NCBI GenBank assembly: GCA_028285595.1
Contig: JANQOW010000007.1
Coordinates: forward strand, 19,036-83,035
Source: Hyphomicrobiales bacterium
GTDB lineage: Bacteria; Pseudomonadota; Alphaproteobacteria; Rhizobiales; CAJQND01
Direction of reading: 5' to 3'
Length of the DNA stretch: 64,000 nucleotides
The notes under the pieces are model-generated. The model ran no database searches and was not told where the DNA came from. It saw nothing but the letters and a program-made list of their open reading frames with translations. A program made the translations under genes and the position numbers. Shown in pieces: positions 27,096 to 36,205 of the stretch (the first letter of the stretch is position 1; each line of letters opens with the position of its first letter).

Positions 27096-29126
27096 ATGGC
27101 GTCGACCGATATCCTCAAGAAGACCGAAAGCGTTCAACCGTCGAACTTGCTCGCCAACGAAGACCTTGTGGAACTGTTGGCGATGATGACGCGGATCCGA
27201 CAGTTTGAGACACGGACAACCGAGCTGTTCGATGCCGGCAAGATCAAAGGGACCGCGCATTCGTCTGTGGGCCAGGAAGCCATTGCCGCAGGCGCTTGTA
27301 GAGCCCTGGAGCCGGAAGACTTTATCCTGACCCACCATCGCGGCCACGGCCACACCATCGCAAAGGGCGCGGACATGCGATTGATGATGGCTGAGCTGAT
27401 GGGTAAGGCTAACGGCTATTGTTTCGGTCTCGGCGGATCAATGCATATCGCTGACTTCGAGCGACGTATCCTCGGCGCCAACGGCATTGTTGGCGCAGGT
27501 ATGGGTCTGGGCACGGGTGCGGCGCTGGCTGAAACACTCAAAGGCACCGGTGCCATAGGCATTGCCTTCTTCGGCGATGGTGCGGCGAGTGAGGGCATCT
27601 TCCATGAAGCCATGAATCTCGCCGCGATCTGGAAACTGCCTCTCCTGTTCTTCTGTGAGAACAACCAGTACGGCCTGTCGACCCCAACGGCCGACGTCAT
27701 TGCGGGGGGCGGCATCGCGCGACGGGCCGATGCCTATGATCTTCCGGGGCATCTCATCGATGGCAATGACCCCGTGGCGGTTCATGACACTGTTCTGCGT
27801 GCGGCGATGAGGGCCCGGGATGGTGACGGGCCGAGCCTGATCGAGGCGATCACCTATCGTTGGGGCGACCACTCCATGCGGGCCAATCTTCCCAAATATC
27901 GCGGTGAGGACGAGGAGAACGAGTGGCGTGACAAAGACCCCGTCGCCCGCATGCTGGAGCGGCTGCAAGCGGCTGGCGCACTGGATGAAGCCGGTTACGG
28001 CACGCTGTTGGAAGATGCAGAAGTGGAGATCGAACAGGCTATTGAATGGGCCGATGCCTGCCCGGAGCCAGACATGAGCCAGGCCCTTTCCCTGGTTGCT
28101 TCGCCGCCCATAAGCAGCGCCAGCCGGGAGCCGGAGCCCGGCACGCGGCTTTGCACCTATGGCCGGGCGATCAACGAGGCCATCCGACAAGAGATGCACC
28201 GTGACGACACCGTCTTCGTTATCGGCGAAGATGTCGGGAGGATTGGCGGTATCTTTGGCATCACGCGCAATCTGCAGGATGAGTTCGGCGCTGCCCGGGT
28301 CCGCGACACGCCCATCGCCGAAGGAGCAATTGCCAATTGTGGTGTCGGCGCTGCCATGTCCGGTCTGCGGCCGATCGTCGAGATCCAGTTGTTCGATTTC
28401 GTGTCCTTGATGATGGATGCTATCGTCAATCAGGCTGCCAAGGCGCGCTTTATGATGGGGGGCAAGCCAAAGGTGCCGGTTGTCTTCCGTGGCCCGCAGG
28501 GCGCCGGCATCCGCCTCGCGGCCCAACACTGCCAGTCGCTTGAGGCTTGGTTTGCGCATGTCCCGGGGCTGGAGGTTTATGCGCCTTCAAATGCCTATGA
28601 TGCCAAGGGTCTAATGGCGGCGGCGATCCGCTCCGATAACCCGGTCGTTTTTCTTGAGCACAAACTGCTCTATCTGGGCGGTGAGGAGCCGGTCCCTGAA
28701 GAGCTCTACACGGTCCGGCCCGGCGAGGCGCGCATTGTTAGATCTGGCAACGACTGCACGGTCATCGCGTTGATGGCAATGGTCGAACGGGCAATGCAGG
28801 CTGCGATGCAGCTTGAGCGACAGGGGATCAATGTTGAGATTATTGATCCTCGCACAGTCAAACCGCTTGATGCCGAAACGATCATAAACAGCGTCAAAAA
28901 GACCAACCGTGCTGTCATTGTGCACGAGGCCGTTCGTTTCGGGGGTATCGGTGCTGAAATTGCAGCGACCATTACCGAACAGGCTTTCGATTGGCTCGAT
29001 GCACCGGTCGCTCGCATCGGGGCGCCCGAGATGCCGGTCCCTTACAACGACAAACTGGAGCGCGAATACATGCCCTCACCAAACATGATCGCTGAAGCCA
29101 TTAAGGAGGTTTGTTATGTCGACTGA
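27096..29126 (+). CDS. fused thiamine-diphosphate-dependent dehydrogenase E1 alpha-beta (acetoin/2-oxoacid dehydrogenase E1-like)
   Basis: 676 aa. The alpha part carries the TPP motif FFGDGAASEG...FFCENNQYG. A Pro/Ser-rich linker follows (LVASPPISSASREPEPG). The beta part reads VFVIGEDVGRIGGIFGITR...DTPIAEGAI. Start moved to MASTDIL (27096). Confidence 0.85.
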   Translation: MASTDILKKTESVQPSNLLANEDLVELLAMMTRIRQFETRTTELFDAGKIKGTAHSSVGQEAIAAGACRALEPEDFILTHHRGHGHTIAKGADMRLMMAELMGKANGYCFGLGGSMHIADFERRILGANGIVGAGMGLGTGAALAETLKGTGAIGIAFFGDGAASEGIFHEAMNLAAIWKLPLLFFCENNQYGLSTPTADVIAGGGIARRADAYDLPGHLIDGNDPVAVHDTVLRAAMRARDGDGPSLIEAITYRWGDHSMRANLPKYRGEDEENEWRDKDPVARMLERLQAAGALDEAGYGTLLEDAEVEIEQAIEWADACPEPDMSQALSLVASPPISSASREPEPGTRLCTYGRAINEAIRQEMHRDDTVFVIGEDVGRIGGIFGITRNLQDEFGAARVRDTPIAEGAIANCGVGAAMSGLRPIVEIQLFDFVSLMMDAIVNQAAKARFMMGGKPKVPVVFRGPQGAGIRLAAQHCQSLEAWFAHVPGLEVYAPSNAYDAKGLMAAAIRSDNPVVFLEHKLLYLGGEEPVPEELYTVRPGEARIVRSGNDCTVIALMAMVERAMQAAMQLERQGINVEIIDPRTVKPLDAETIINSVKKTNRAVIVHEAVRFGGIGAEIAATITEQAFDWLDAPVARIGAPEMPVPYNDKLEREYMPSPNMIAEAIKEVCYVD

Positions 29127-29526
29127 ACGAAAACTAATCGTCCCTCCCGGGCTGGAGAGCGTTTACGAGACGTTCCACTACGCGCCCGGCATTCAGGTTG
29201 GCGACACGCTCTTCATTTCCGGCCAGGTTGGCCGCGATGCAAATCTCAAAGTGCTTGATGGCGCAGAAAAACAGTTCGTTCAGGCTTTTGAGAACGTCAA
29301 AGCGGTTCTCGACGCGGCTGGTGCCACATTTGACGATGTCGTCGAAATGGAGACCTGGTTTGCTGACGATATGGCAGACCTGAAGCTGTTTATGACGGTC
29401 AAGGACCGCTACTTCAACAACCACTATCCGACCTGGACTGGCTTTGCTGTTAAGGGGTTTTCGATGCTGGGCATCCTGGTTGAGATCAAATGCACCGCTG
29501 TTGTGGGGACCAGACATGTCACATGA
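29116..29526 (+). CDS. RidA/YjgF family protein
   Basis: 136 aa with ...HYAPGIQVGDTLFISGQVGRD.... AAGGAGG RBS. Overlaps the E1 stop by 11 nt. Confidence 0.85.
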   Translation: MSTERKLIVPPGLESVYETFHYAPGIQVGDTLFISGQVGRDANLKVLDGAEKQFVQAFENVKAVLDAAGATFDDVVEMETWFADDMADLKLFMTVKDRYFNNHYPTWTGFAVKGFSMLGILVEIKCTAVVGTRHVT

Positions 29527-30301
29527 ACTTAAGGCGATTTTGGCCGACAACACCGTTAGCCTCGGCACTTGGACACAGATCGCTACACCGGAAATGGTCG
29601 ATCTTGTGGGGCTAAATGGCTTCCAATTCACGATTATCGATTGCGAGCATGGCCACTTTGGCATCGAAACGGCGGAGAACCTCTCGCGGGCCGCCGACGC
29701 GGTTGGCATTGCCTCGGCAGTACGCGTTTTGGTGAACGAGCCCACTGCAATTATGAAGGCGCTAGATGCCGGGATCCGCCATGTGGTCGTACCTAACCTG
29801 TCGAGTGCCGAGGAGGCCGCGCGCGCTGTGGCATCGACGAGATTTGGGCCGCACGGTCTGCGAGGTGCCTGTCCCTGCTGTCGCTCTGGAGGCCATTTCA
29901 TCCGCAACTGGCAAGATTATGTCGACGAGGAAGAGGCTCGAGTGGGTGCAATCGGTCTCGTGGAGACCCAAGCAGGCTATGAGAGTTTCGGTGAGATCTG
30001 TAAGAACAAGGACATGGCTGCTTTTATGTTCGGCGCATTCGATCTGTCGGTGTCGATGGGGCTTGAGGGCAACTGGCGCCACGAACGGGTCATCGGTGCT
30101 GTTCGCGACATGGTCGCTCGTGCGGTTGACACCGGTCACCATGTGATGATGCCGGTGTTTTCGCCTGACCCTTCAGAATGCGCAGACATGATCAGCGACT
30201 GGCGCTCCCGCGGGGTCAATACCTTCGTCATTGGTTCCGACAAGATCCTCGTTGCTGAAGCTTTCGCCACCTGGGCCGGCGCGTTGTCAAAGGGGTCATA
30301 G
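29516..30301 (+). CDS. HpcH/HpaI aldolase/citrate lyase family protein
   Basis: MSHELKAILADNTVSLGTWTQIATPEMVDLVGLNGFQFTIIDCEHG, typical class II 2-keto-3-deoxy-acid aldolase N-terminus. Overlaps the RidA stop by 11 nt. Confidence 0.85.
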   Translation: MSHELKAILADNTVSLGTWTQIATPEMVDLVGLNGFQFTIIDCEHGHFGIETAENLSRAADAVGIASAVRVLVNEPTAIMKALDAGIRHVVVPNLSSAEEAARAVASTRFGPHGLRGACPCCRSGGHFIRNWQDYVDEEEARVGAIGLVETQAGYESFGEICKNKDMAAFMFGAFDLSVSMGLEGNWRHERVIGAVRDMVARAVDTGHHVMMPVFSPDPSECADMISDWRSRGVNTFVIGSDKILVAEAFATWAGALSKGS

Positions 30302-30416
30302 TTGACCTGGCGGTCTCTTGCTCCAATCGGCTTCGGCCAAAAAGCCCATATCCAATAAGCGCCGCGCTTAGGCTGCACGGAAGATCAAACTAAAGTCAGA
30401 TTTGGTTTTGACCAGA

Positions 30417-31760
30417 TCAATTGTCTTCGGTCCTATTGGCAAACTCGACAGTGAACACTTCCCGCTCTCCTTCCAAACCGCGAAGTGCAAACTTGCCAAT
30501 GGAAATGGTCGTAAAGTCCGCATTGAGCGCTTGTTCAGTCGATGCATCGATGAGCAGGCGCGCGCCAAGCTGTTTGCCCTGGCTTTCAAGCCGAGATGCC
30601 AGATTGACGGTGTCACCATAAACCGTGAATGCCTGTCGTCGGGAGGATCCAATATTCCCGGCAGCGATATCGCCAGATGCGATGCCGATCCGTATGTCGA
30701 ACTCGCTGCGGTCCGCCATAGCCAATAGGTCCAAAGCAGCTCTCACGGACTTTGGTTCGGGAAGATCAGTTTCGATAGGCGCATTGAAGGTGGCCAAAAG
30801 GCCATCGCCCGTAAAAGTGATGACGATCCCCTCGTGCTTGCTCACGATATCACTTGCGTCCGCCAGGAATGAATCGTGTGAAACAATCACGTCGTGAGGA
30901 TGGCGATCTGCGGCAAACTGCGTAAAGTCTGCAATATCGAGCACCAGAACGGATCCATGCCGCACTTGTGGTGCCAACGCATCCGGTCCCTCAACCAACT
31001 TATGAACGATTGCCTCTGGCACGTAGCGCCCCAAAGTGTTGGTGACCCGTTCCCGAGCCAGTCGCTCTTCTTCCTGCCGGACTTCTGCGGCTATCTGGGC
31101 GAAGAACACCTTCCGCGCCCGATAGACAGCCAAGCCCAAGATCAGGGCACCGGCAAACAACAGGCCCGTCTCCTCGATGCGATTTCCCACTCCGATAAAC
31201 CGGGCGGACAGGAACACATTTTCATAGTCCTCTCGTGTGGCCAGTTGAGGAATGTCGCCCCACGAGTAAACATTGTCCATGCCGGCAACGATCCACAAGA
31301 AAGCCGCCCACCATCCAACAACGGCAACGCACCCAGCCCATACGACGAGCCGCCAGGACAAGGACAAACACGCCATAGCCACCAGCGGGAACAGGTAATA
31401 GATGCCATAGGCGCGAAACGCGATGATCTGTGGGACGTCGCCGGTTGAGCTGACCGGGATTATCACAAACATTGCACAAACGCCGGCGATGTCGGCGGCA
31501 TATATGGCAAATTTGATCCACGGTCTGTCCAAACGGGTGCCGATTACCGCAAGGTGCGAAATTCCAAAGGCCGTGAATGCCAGCAAGGAAAGAACGGCGA
31601 GCGCTCGCACCTCGAAATCAGGCGACACCACTGACGCCCCGAGGTACCATACCAGCCCCGCAGCCGTTGCCGCTGTGCGGCAAAAGATTGCCAAGCGCAG
31701 GCCATTCTGTTCGGCCTTAACAAGTCGCCCCAACGCTCGCTCGCGAATTCGTTCCGGCAC
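30417..31760 (-). CDS. membrane-anchored class III nucleotidyl cyclase
   Basis: About 6 N-terminal TM helices plus a cyclase domain (VLDIADFT...ITFTGDGLLATF...FTVYGDTVNLASRLES). Confidence 0.82.
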   Translation of the reverse strand: MPERIRERALGRLVKAEQNGLRLAIFCRTAATAAGLVWYLGASVVSPDFEVRALAVLSLLAFTAFGISHLAVIGTRLDRPWIKFAIYAADIAGVCAMFVIIPVSSTGDVPQIIAFRAYGIYYLFPLVAMACLSLSWRLVVWAGCVAVVGWWAAFLWIVAGMDNVYSWGDIPQLATREDYENVFLSARFIGVGNRIEETGLLFAGALILGLAVYRARKVFFAQIAAEVRQEEERLARERVTNTLGRYVPEAIVHKLVEGPDALAPQVRHGSVLVLDIADFTQFAADRHPHDVIVSHDSFLADASDIVSKHEGIVITFTGDGLLATFNAPIETDLPEPKSVRAALDLLAMADRSEFDIRIGIASGDIAAGNIGSSRRQAFTVYGDTVNLASRLESQGKQLGARLLIDASTEQALNADFTTISIGKFALRGLEGEREVFTVEFANRTEDN

Positions 31761-31857
31761 CGATCCACTTCCTTTGTGTTGATCCTATATTGTCATTCCG
31801 GCGCTGAATTCCATGAGTCCGGCTTGCTTGACTGATGCCTGAGAGGTATCAAAAGCA

Positions 31858-32736
31858 ATGGAACTCAGGCACCTAAGATACTTCTTGGCCGTCGCTGAAT
31901 CTGGAGGCGTTCGCATGGCGGCGAACAGATTGCACGTCGCACAACCTGCAATATCCAGACAAATCAGAGATTTGGAGAATGAGCTCGGGTTCTCTTTGTT
32001 CGAACGCGTGGGCAGAGGGATAATCTTGACGGATGCGGGAAAGCACTACCTGGAACACGTTCGGCGCGTTTTGAAGGATCTGGATGAGGCTCAACGTTCA
32101 GCCGCACGAATTGCAGAGGGCCGAGGCGGTGTCTTGAGGATCGGCCTGCTGGAGAACGCTTCTTGGGCCGGGCATGCGCCGAGCACATTAAAGCGTTTCG
32201 CACGCAATCATCCCGACATCTCGTTGGAGATCAAACCGATGTCGTCGGTTGCCCAGCTGGAGTTGATCGCTGCTGGCGGTCTTGATGGTGGGTTCCTGTA
32301 CCGACAAGACAGGATGGACAGATCACTTCATGAGGTGGTTCCACTCCGAACCGATGACGTCGTCTTCGCCGCTTCAAGTGATCTCGTGTTTGATCACGAA
32401 AACGATCTAACGCTTGAGGATATTGAGGGGCTTCCTCTGGTTGGATTTCCGCGCGATGTGGCTCCGTCCTATTTCGATAGACTGCACGCTGCTTTGGAGC
32501 ATATCGGGTTTGAGCCGCACTATGCTCAACTGGTGGAGAACGAGACAATTATTCTAAGCCTCGTCTCCGCAGGCGTTGGCTGCGCCTTCGTCAACTCCGC
32601 TAACGAGGCGCGGCCGCCGCGTAATGTTCAGTTCCGGCGGGTCGAGGGTTTGTCGGTGCCCATCGACTTTCTGTTTGTTCACCGTCGCCCACCGGGCACG
32701 ACGTTATCGAAGTTCTTGGCGACGATCACTGAATGA
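31858..32736 (+). CDS. LysR family transcriptional regulator
   Basis: MELRHLRYFLAVAESGGVRMAANRLHVAQPAISRQIRDLE wHTH, 292 aa. Confidence 0.9.
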   Translation: MELRHLRYFLAVAESGGVRMAANRLHVAQPAISRQIRDLENELGFSLFERVGRGIILTDAGKHYLEHVRRVLKDLDEAQRSAARIAEGRGGVLRIGLLENASWAGHAPSTLKRFARNHPDISLEIKPMSSVAQLELIAAGGLDGGFLYRQDRMDRSLHEVVPLRTDDVVFAASSDLVFDHENDLTLEDIEGLPLVGFPRDVAPSYFDRLHAALEHIGFEPHYAQLVENETIILSLVSAGVGCAFVNSANEARPPRNVQFRRVEGLSVPIDFLFVHRRPPGTTLSKFLATITE

Positions 32737-32852
32737 CGATCGTTTAAGATGCCGAAAAGCTATCAGAATGATCTTTTAACGGCATTTGAAGATATCAAAC
32801 AATTCCCGATCTTCTCCTCATCGCTTTTGCCCGCGAAACATGGAGACAAGAC

Positions 32853-33761
32853 ATGAGCACGGAAGATAGTGAACTGAGGATCAACGAAGGTCGCCGCAAC
32901 ATCGTCTTGGGTGCTGGAGCCGTCGGCGTGACACTTGCGGCCACAACTCAGGCTCGGGCGAACGCCCTTAAGCCTCGAGAAGCTTCTGAAGGCGATGCCC
33001 AGACAGATGGTCGATTTGCTGGGAAAGTCGTGGCGGTTACCGGTGGAAACTCAGGAATCGGCAAAGCCACAGCAGAGGCGTTCGCCATGCACGGCGCAAA
33101 GGTCATGATATGCGCACGGCGCGACGATCTCGGTAAGCAAGTCGAAGCTGCAATCCGATCGCGTGGCGGCAATGCGACCTGGATCAAAACGGACGTTCGC
33201 GATCCGGATCAGGTGAAGGCATTCCTCGGTGCAACCACACAACGACACGGCAGACTGGACATCCTGTTTAACAATGCGGGAATTTTCATGACACCCGCTC
33301 TGCTGCAGGACATTCCGCTCGACAACTACCGTGACATGATTGCGACCAATGTGGATGGCGTATTCTATGGAATGAAGTTTGCGCTTCCCATCATGACCTC
33401 TCAAGGCGGCGGCGTCATTGTCAACATGGCTTCCGTCGCAGCTCACGGAGGCTTTGCCAATACCGCTCACTACAACGCATCAAAGCATGCCGTCATTGGC
33501 CTAACCAAGGCGGCGGCCAAAGACAGTGCGAAACAGAATGTGCGCGTGGTCAGCATTTCACCGCTCGCTGTGGACACGCCGATGCTGCGAGAATCTTTCA
33601 AGTTTCAGGGCCTCACCTACGAACAGATGGCGCCCAACTTCACCACGCCAAGGATCATGACACCTCATGAAATGGCGGAAGCCGTGATGTTCTTAGCGTC
33701 AGACGCGGCAACTTCACTGAATGGAATGGACTTGGACGTAACCGGCGGACAACTCGCCTAG
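32853..33761 (+). CDS. SDR family oxidoreductase with a twin-arginine (Tat)-like signal peptide
   Basis: N-terminus NEGRRNIVLGAGAVGVTLAATTQARA-NA, then TGGNSGIG cofactor motif and YNASK catalytic motif. Confidence 0.8.
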   Translation: MSTEDSELRINEGRRNIVLGAGAVGVTLAATTQARANALKPREASEGDAQTDGRFAGKVVAVTGGNSGIGKATAEAFAMHGAKVMICARRDDLGKQVEAAIRSRGGNATWIKTDVRDPDQVKAFLGATTQRHGRLDILFNNAGIFMTPALLQDIPLDNYRDMIATNVDGVFYGMKFALPIMTSQGGGVIVNMASVAAHGGFANTAHYNASKHAVIGLTKAAAKDSAKQNVRVVSISPLAVDTPMLRESFKFQGLTYEQMAPNFTTPRIMTPHEMAEAVMFLASDAATSLNGMDLDVTGGQLA

Positions 33762-33787
33762 CCGGAAGCGGCGACTGGAGATACGAA

Positions 33788-34315
33788 ATGAAGACGTTTT
33801 TCTTTGCGCTCCTTGCCGCCAGCACGCTGTTAATAGGCTCGGCGCAAGCTGGAGGGCCTTTGAGCTCGGAAGACAGGCTGGCCATTAACAGAGTTGTCAC
33901 CGCCATTGCAGCGGGCGCTGACCGGCATGATTGGGACCGTGTGCGAGGTGCATTTGCGCAGACCGTAACCACTGACTACACGAGCCTGTTTGGCGGAGAG
34001 CCCGTAACCCAACCCGCTGATGCGCTTGTTGAGCAATGGTCGAAATTCCTTCCCGGCTTCGAGGCGACTCAACATCTGGTGACGAACATCTCGATCGATA
34101 AGATAAGCCCCGACAAAGCGCGCGCAGAAGCAGATTTTCAAGCAACTCATCGCATTGAGAGTGATCTCTGGGTGCTTGGAGGCCGGTACCAGTACGAGCT
34201 GACCCGCTTTGGCGTCGGCTGGCGCGTGACATCGCTCACCATGATCGCCTTATGGGAAACTGGTGATAGAGCAGGATTAATCGCTAGGGCCGGAAAACGA
34301 GCTGAAAAGCAATAA
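33788..34315 (+). CDS. secreted NTF2-like (SnoaL_4/DUF4440-like) protein
   Basis: Signal peptide MKTFFFALLAASTLLIGSAQA. NTF2-fold-like core by eye. Confidence 0.6.
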   Translation: MKTFFFALLAASTLLIGSAQAGGPLSSEDRLAINRVVTAIAAGADRHDWDRVRGAFAQTVTTDYTSLFGGEPVTQPADALVEQWSKFLPGFEATQHLVTNISIDKISPDKARAEADFQATHRIESDLWVLGGRYQYELTRFGVGWRVTSLTMIALWETGDRAGLIARAGKRAEKQ

Positions 34316-34525
34316 CTGCTCCTCAGTTGGTGGCGTGGCGCAGACTATGAGCTCCGATTGAGCACGGAAGGCGAGGAGGTTGCCTGGCAACACCCTCTAG
34401 CCAACATGCCGCCAACCTCCATTCTAGCTCGTGCAAGATCAGCCAAAGGCGCTACGAGGACATTGACGTGCCCTTCGTTCGAAGTCTGCGAAGTACCCAA
34501 AGGCAACATTCCTCGTGCCGCTTAC

Positions 34526-34564
34526 TGTCCGAAACTATCAAAAGGTTGTCCGTGATCGACATGT
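34526..34564 (+). promoter_or_regulatory. 27-bp element with TGTCCG direct repeat at 21-bp spacing, plus GACATGT (copy A)
   Basis: TGTCCGAAACTATCAAAAGGTTGTCCG at 34526-34552, then 5 nt, then GACATGT at 34558-34564. It lies 99 nt upstream of the ALDH start. Copy B at 40262-40300 differs at 1 of 27 positions. Confidence 0.55.
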
Positions 34565-34650
34565 AGGTTGGACCACGTTCCTGGCAAAACGGCATCATGA
34601 AAAGAGTTGAGAACGCTCTGCCATGAAGCTGCAGATTGAAGGAATGAACG

Positions 34651-36102
34651 ATGACCGCCTCCAACGTGATTGAGATCAACGATACAGCTAGAGAGTTGCG
34701 CACGTCCTTAGCCAAGAGTCGCCGTGCATTTCGATCGGATCCGGCACCATCGGAGAAAACCCGCATTGACCGTTTGAACCGGCTGCATACCGCCATCTTT
34801 GAGTACAAAGATCGCCTGATCGAAGCTGTAGATGATGACTTCGGCGGTCGCGCGAGCGCTGAAACACTCATGATTGAGATTTTGCCCATCCTTGAGGGCA
34901 TTCGTTACAACAAAAAAAATCTGCGCAAGTGGATGCGCAAGTCTAAGCGCCACACACCGCTTATGCTGCTCGGTGCCAAGACGACTGTCCACTATCAGCC
35001 GCTCGGTGTTGTCGGGATCGTGGTCCCGTGGAACTTCCCAATAATGCTTGGCCTGTCGCCGCTTGTGGGCGTACTCGCCGCCGGCAACCGCGCAATGATC
35101 AAAACTTCAGAGTTCACTCCGAAGACAGGAGCCTTGCTTGCGGAAATGATCGCCAAACACTTTGCGGACGACGAAGTTGTTATCGTGAAAGGCGGAGTGG
35201 GCGTTTCAACCGAGTTCACCAAGTTGCCGTTTGACCATCTCGTGTTTACCGGCTCGACCAGGGTTGGTCGTATCGTAATGCACGCCGCTGCAGACAATCT
35301 CACGCCGGTTACATTGGAGCTTGGGGGCAAATCACCAGCGATCATTCATGACAGCTTCCCCATCAAAGAAGCAGCTAATCGAATTGCCTTCGGTAAAGGA
35401 CTGAACGCGGGGCAGGCTTGTGTGGCGCCGGACTACATCCTGGCACCGCGCGCTAAAGTTGATGAGTTTGTGAGAGCGTTCGCTGACGCGTTCACCAAGC
35501 GCTATCCGGCACTTCAGGACAATCGGGACTACACATCTATCATCACCCAGAAGCAGCGTGATCGGCTGCTGGACAATGTGCGAGATGCCAAGGAGAAGCG
35601 CGCCAGCGTGTTCGAAATCAACCCAGCCAACGAGAGTTTTGAAGAGTCTCGCAAACTTCCGATGCACGTGGTGACTAACGTCTCAGACGACATGCTTGTG
35701 ATGCAGGAAGAGATCTTCGGGCCTGTTTTGCCAGTGGTTGCCTACGACACGCTCGAAGAAGCGATCTCTTATGTGAATGATCGCGACCGCCCGTTGGCCC
35801 TGTACTATTTTGACTGGGATAAGGGTCGGGCTGAAAGGGTCATCAACGAGACCCATTCCGGGGGCGCTTGTATCAATGAAGTTATGACCAATGTGGCGGT
35901 GGATGACTTGCCCTTCGGCGGTGTCGGTTCTTCCGGCATGGGTCATTATCACGGCAAAGAAGGGTTCCTCAGCTTCTCCAAAGCCAAGGGTATCGTTGAA
36001 AAAGGCCGTTTCGACGGGAACGCATTAATTGGTGCGCCCTGGGACAACAAGTACTTCAACTTCTTCGTGAACTTTCAGCTGCGCAGGTTCAGAAATCCCT
36101 GA
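34651..36102 (+). CDS. aldehyde dehydrogenase (coniferyl-aldehyde/ALDH3-like)
   Basis: 483 aa with LELGGKSP and GQACVAPDY catalytic motifs. Confidence 0.88.
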   Translation: MTASNVIEINDTARELRTSLAKSRRAFRSDPAPSEKTRIDRLNRLHTAIFEYKDRLIEAVDDDFGGRASAETLMIEILPILEGIRYNKKNLRKWMRKSKRHTPLMLLGAKTTVHYQPLGVVGIVVPWNFPIMLGLSPLVGVLAAGNRAMIKTSEFTPKTGALLAEMIAKHFADDEVVIVKGGVGVSTEFTKLPFDHLVFTGSTRVGRIVMHAAADNLTPVTLELGGKSPAIIHDSFPIKEAANRIAFGKGLNAGQACVAPDYILAPRAKVDEFVRAFADAFTKRYPALQDNRDYTSIITQKQRDRLLDNVRDAKEKRASVFEINPANESFEESRKLPMHVVTNVSDDMLVMQEEIFGPVLPVVAYDTLEEAISYVNDRDRPLALYYFDWDKGRAERVINETHSGGACINEVMTNVAVDDLPFGGVGSSGMGHYHGKEGFLSFSKAKGIVEKGRFDGNALIGAPWDNKYFNFFVNFQLRRFRNP

Positions 36103-36205
36103 AACGCGAGAAGCGGTCCGCGAGGTCGGCGGCGTGGCTAGCCCGACCTGCGACCACGCTCATCAGGACAAATCGCAACAAACTAGACCCCAAAGGGACA
36201 ATAGC

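Noticed and set aside
27438-28559. 373-aa minus-strand ORF
   Set aside because: Antisense to the fused E1 alpha-beta gene, whose TPP and beta-subunit motifs are unambiguous. No recognisable family.
30417-31760. Cyclase as part of a Pycsar/CBASS-like anti-phage system (also considered for 51903..53912)
   Set aside because: No adjacent effector (cNMP-binding TM/TIR, patatin, endonuclease). Neighbours are LysR, aldolase, SDR and BCCT genes. Both proteins have sensory or membrane N-termini typical of housekeeping signalling cyclases.
34452-34901. 149-aa minus-strand ORF
   Set aside because: Mostly antisense to the aldehyde dehydrogenase gene, with no family resemblance. Its 3' part merely covers the 27-bp element.
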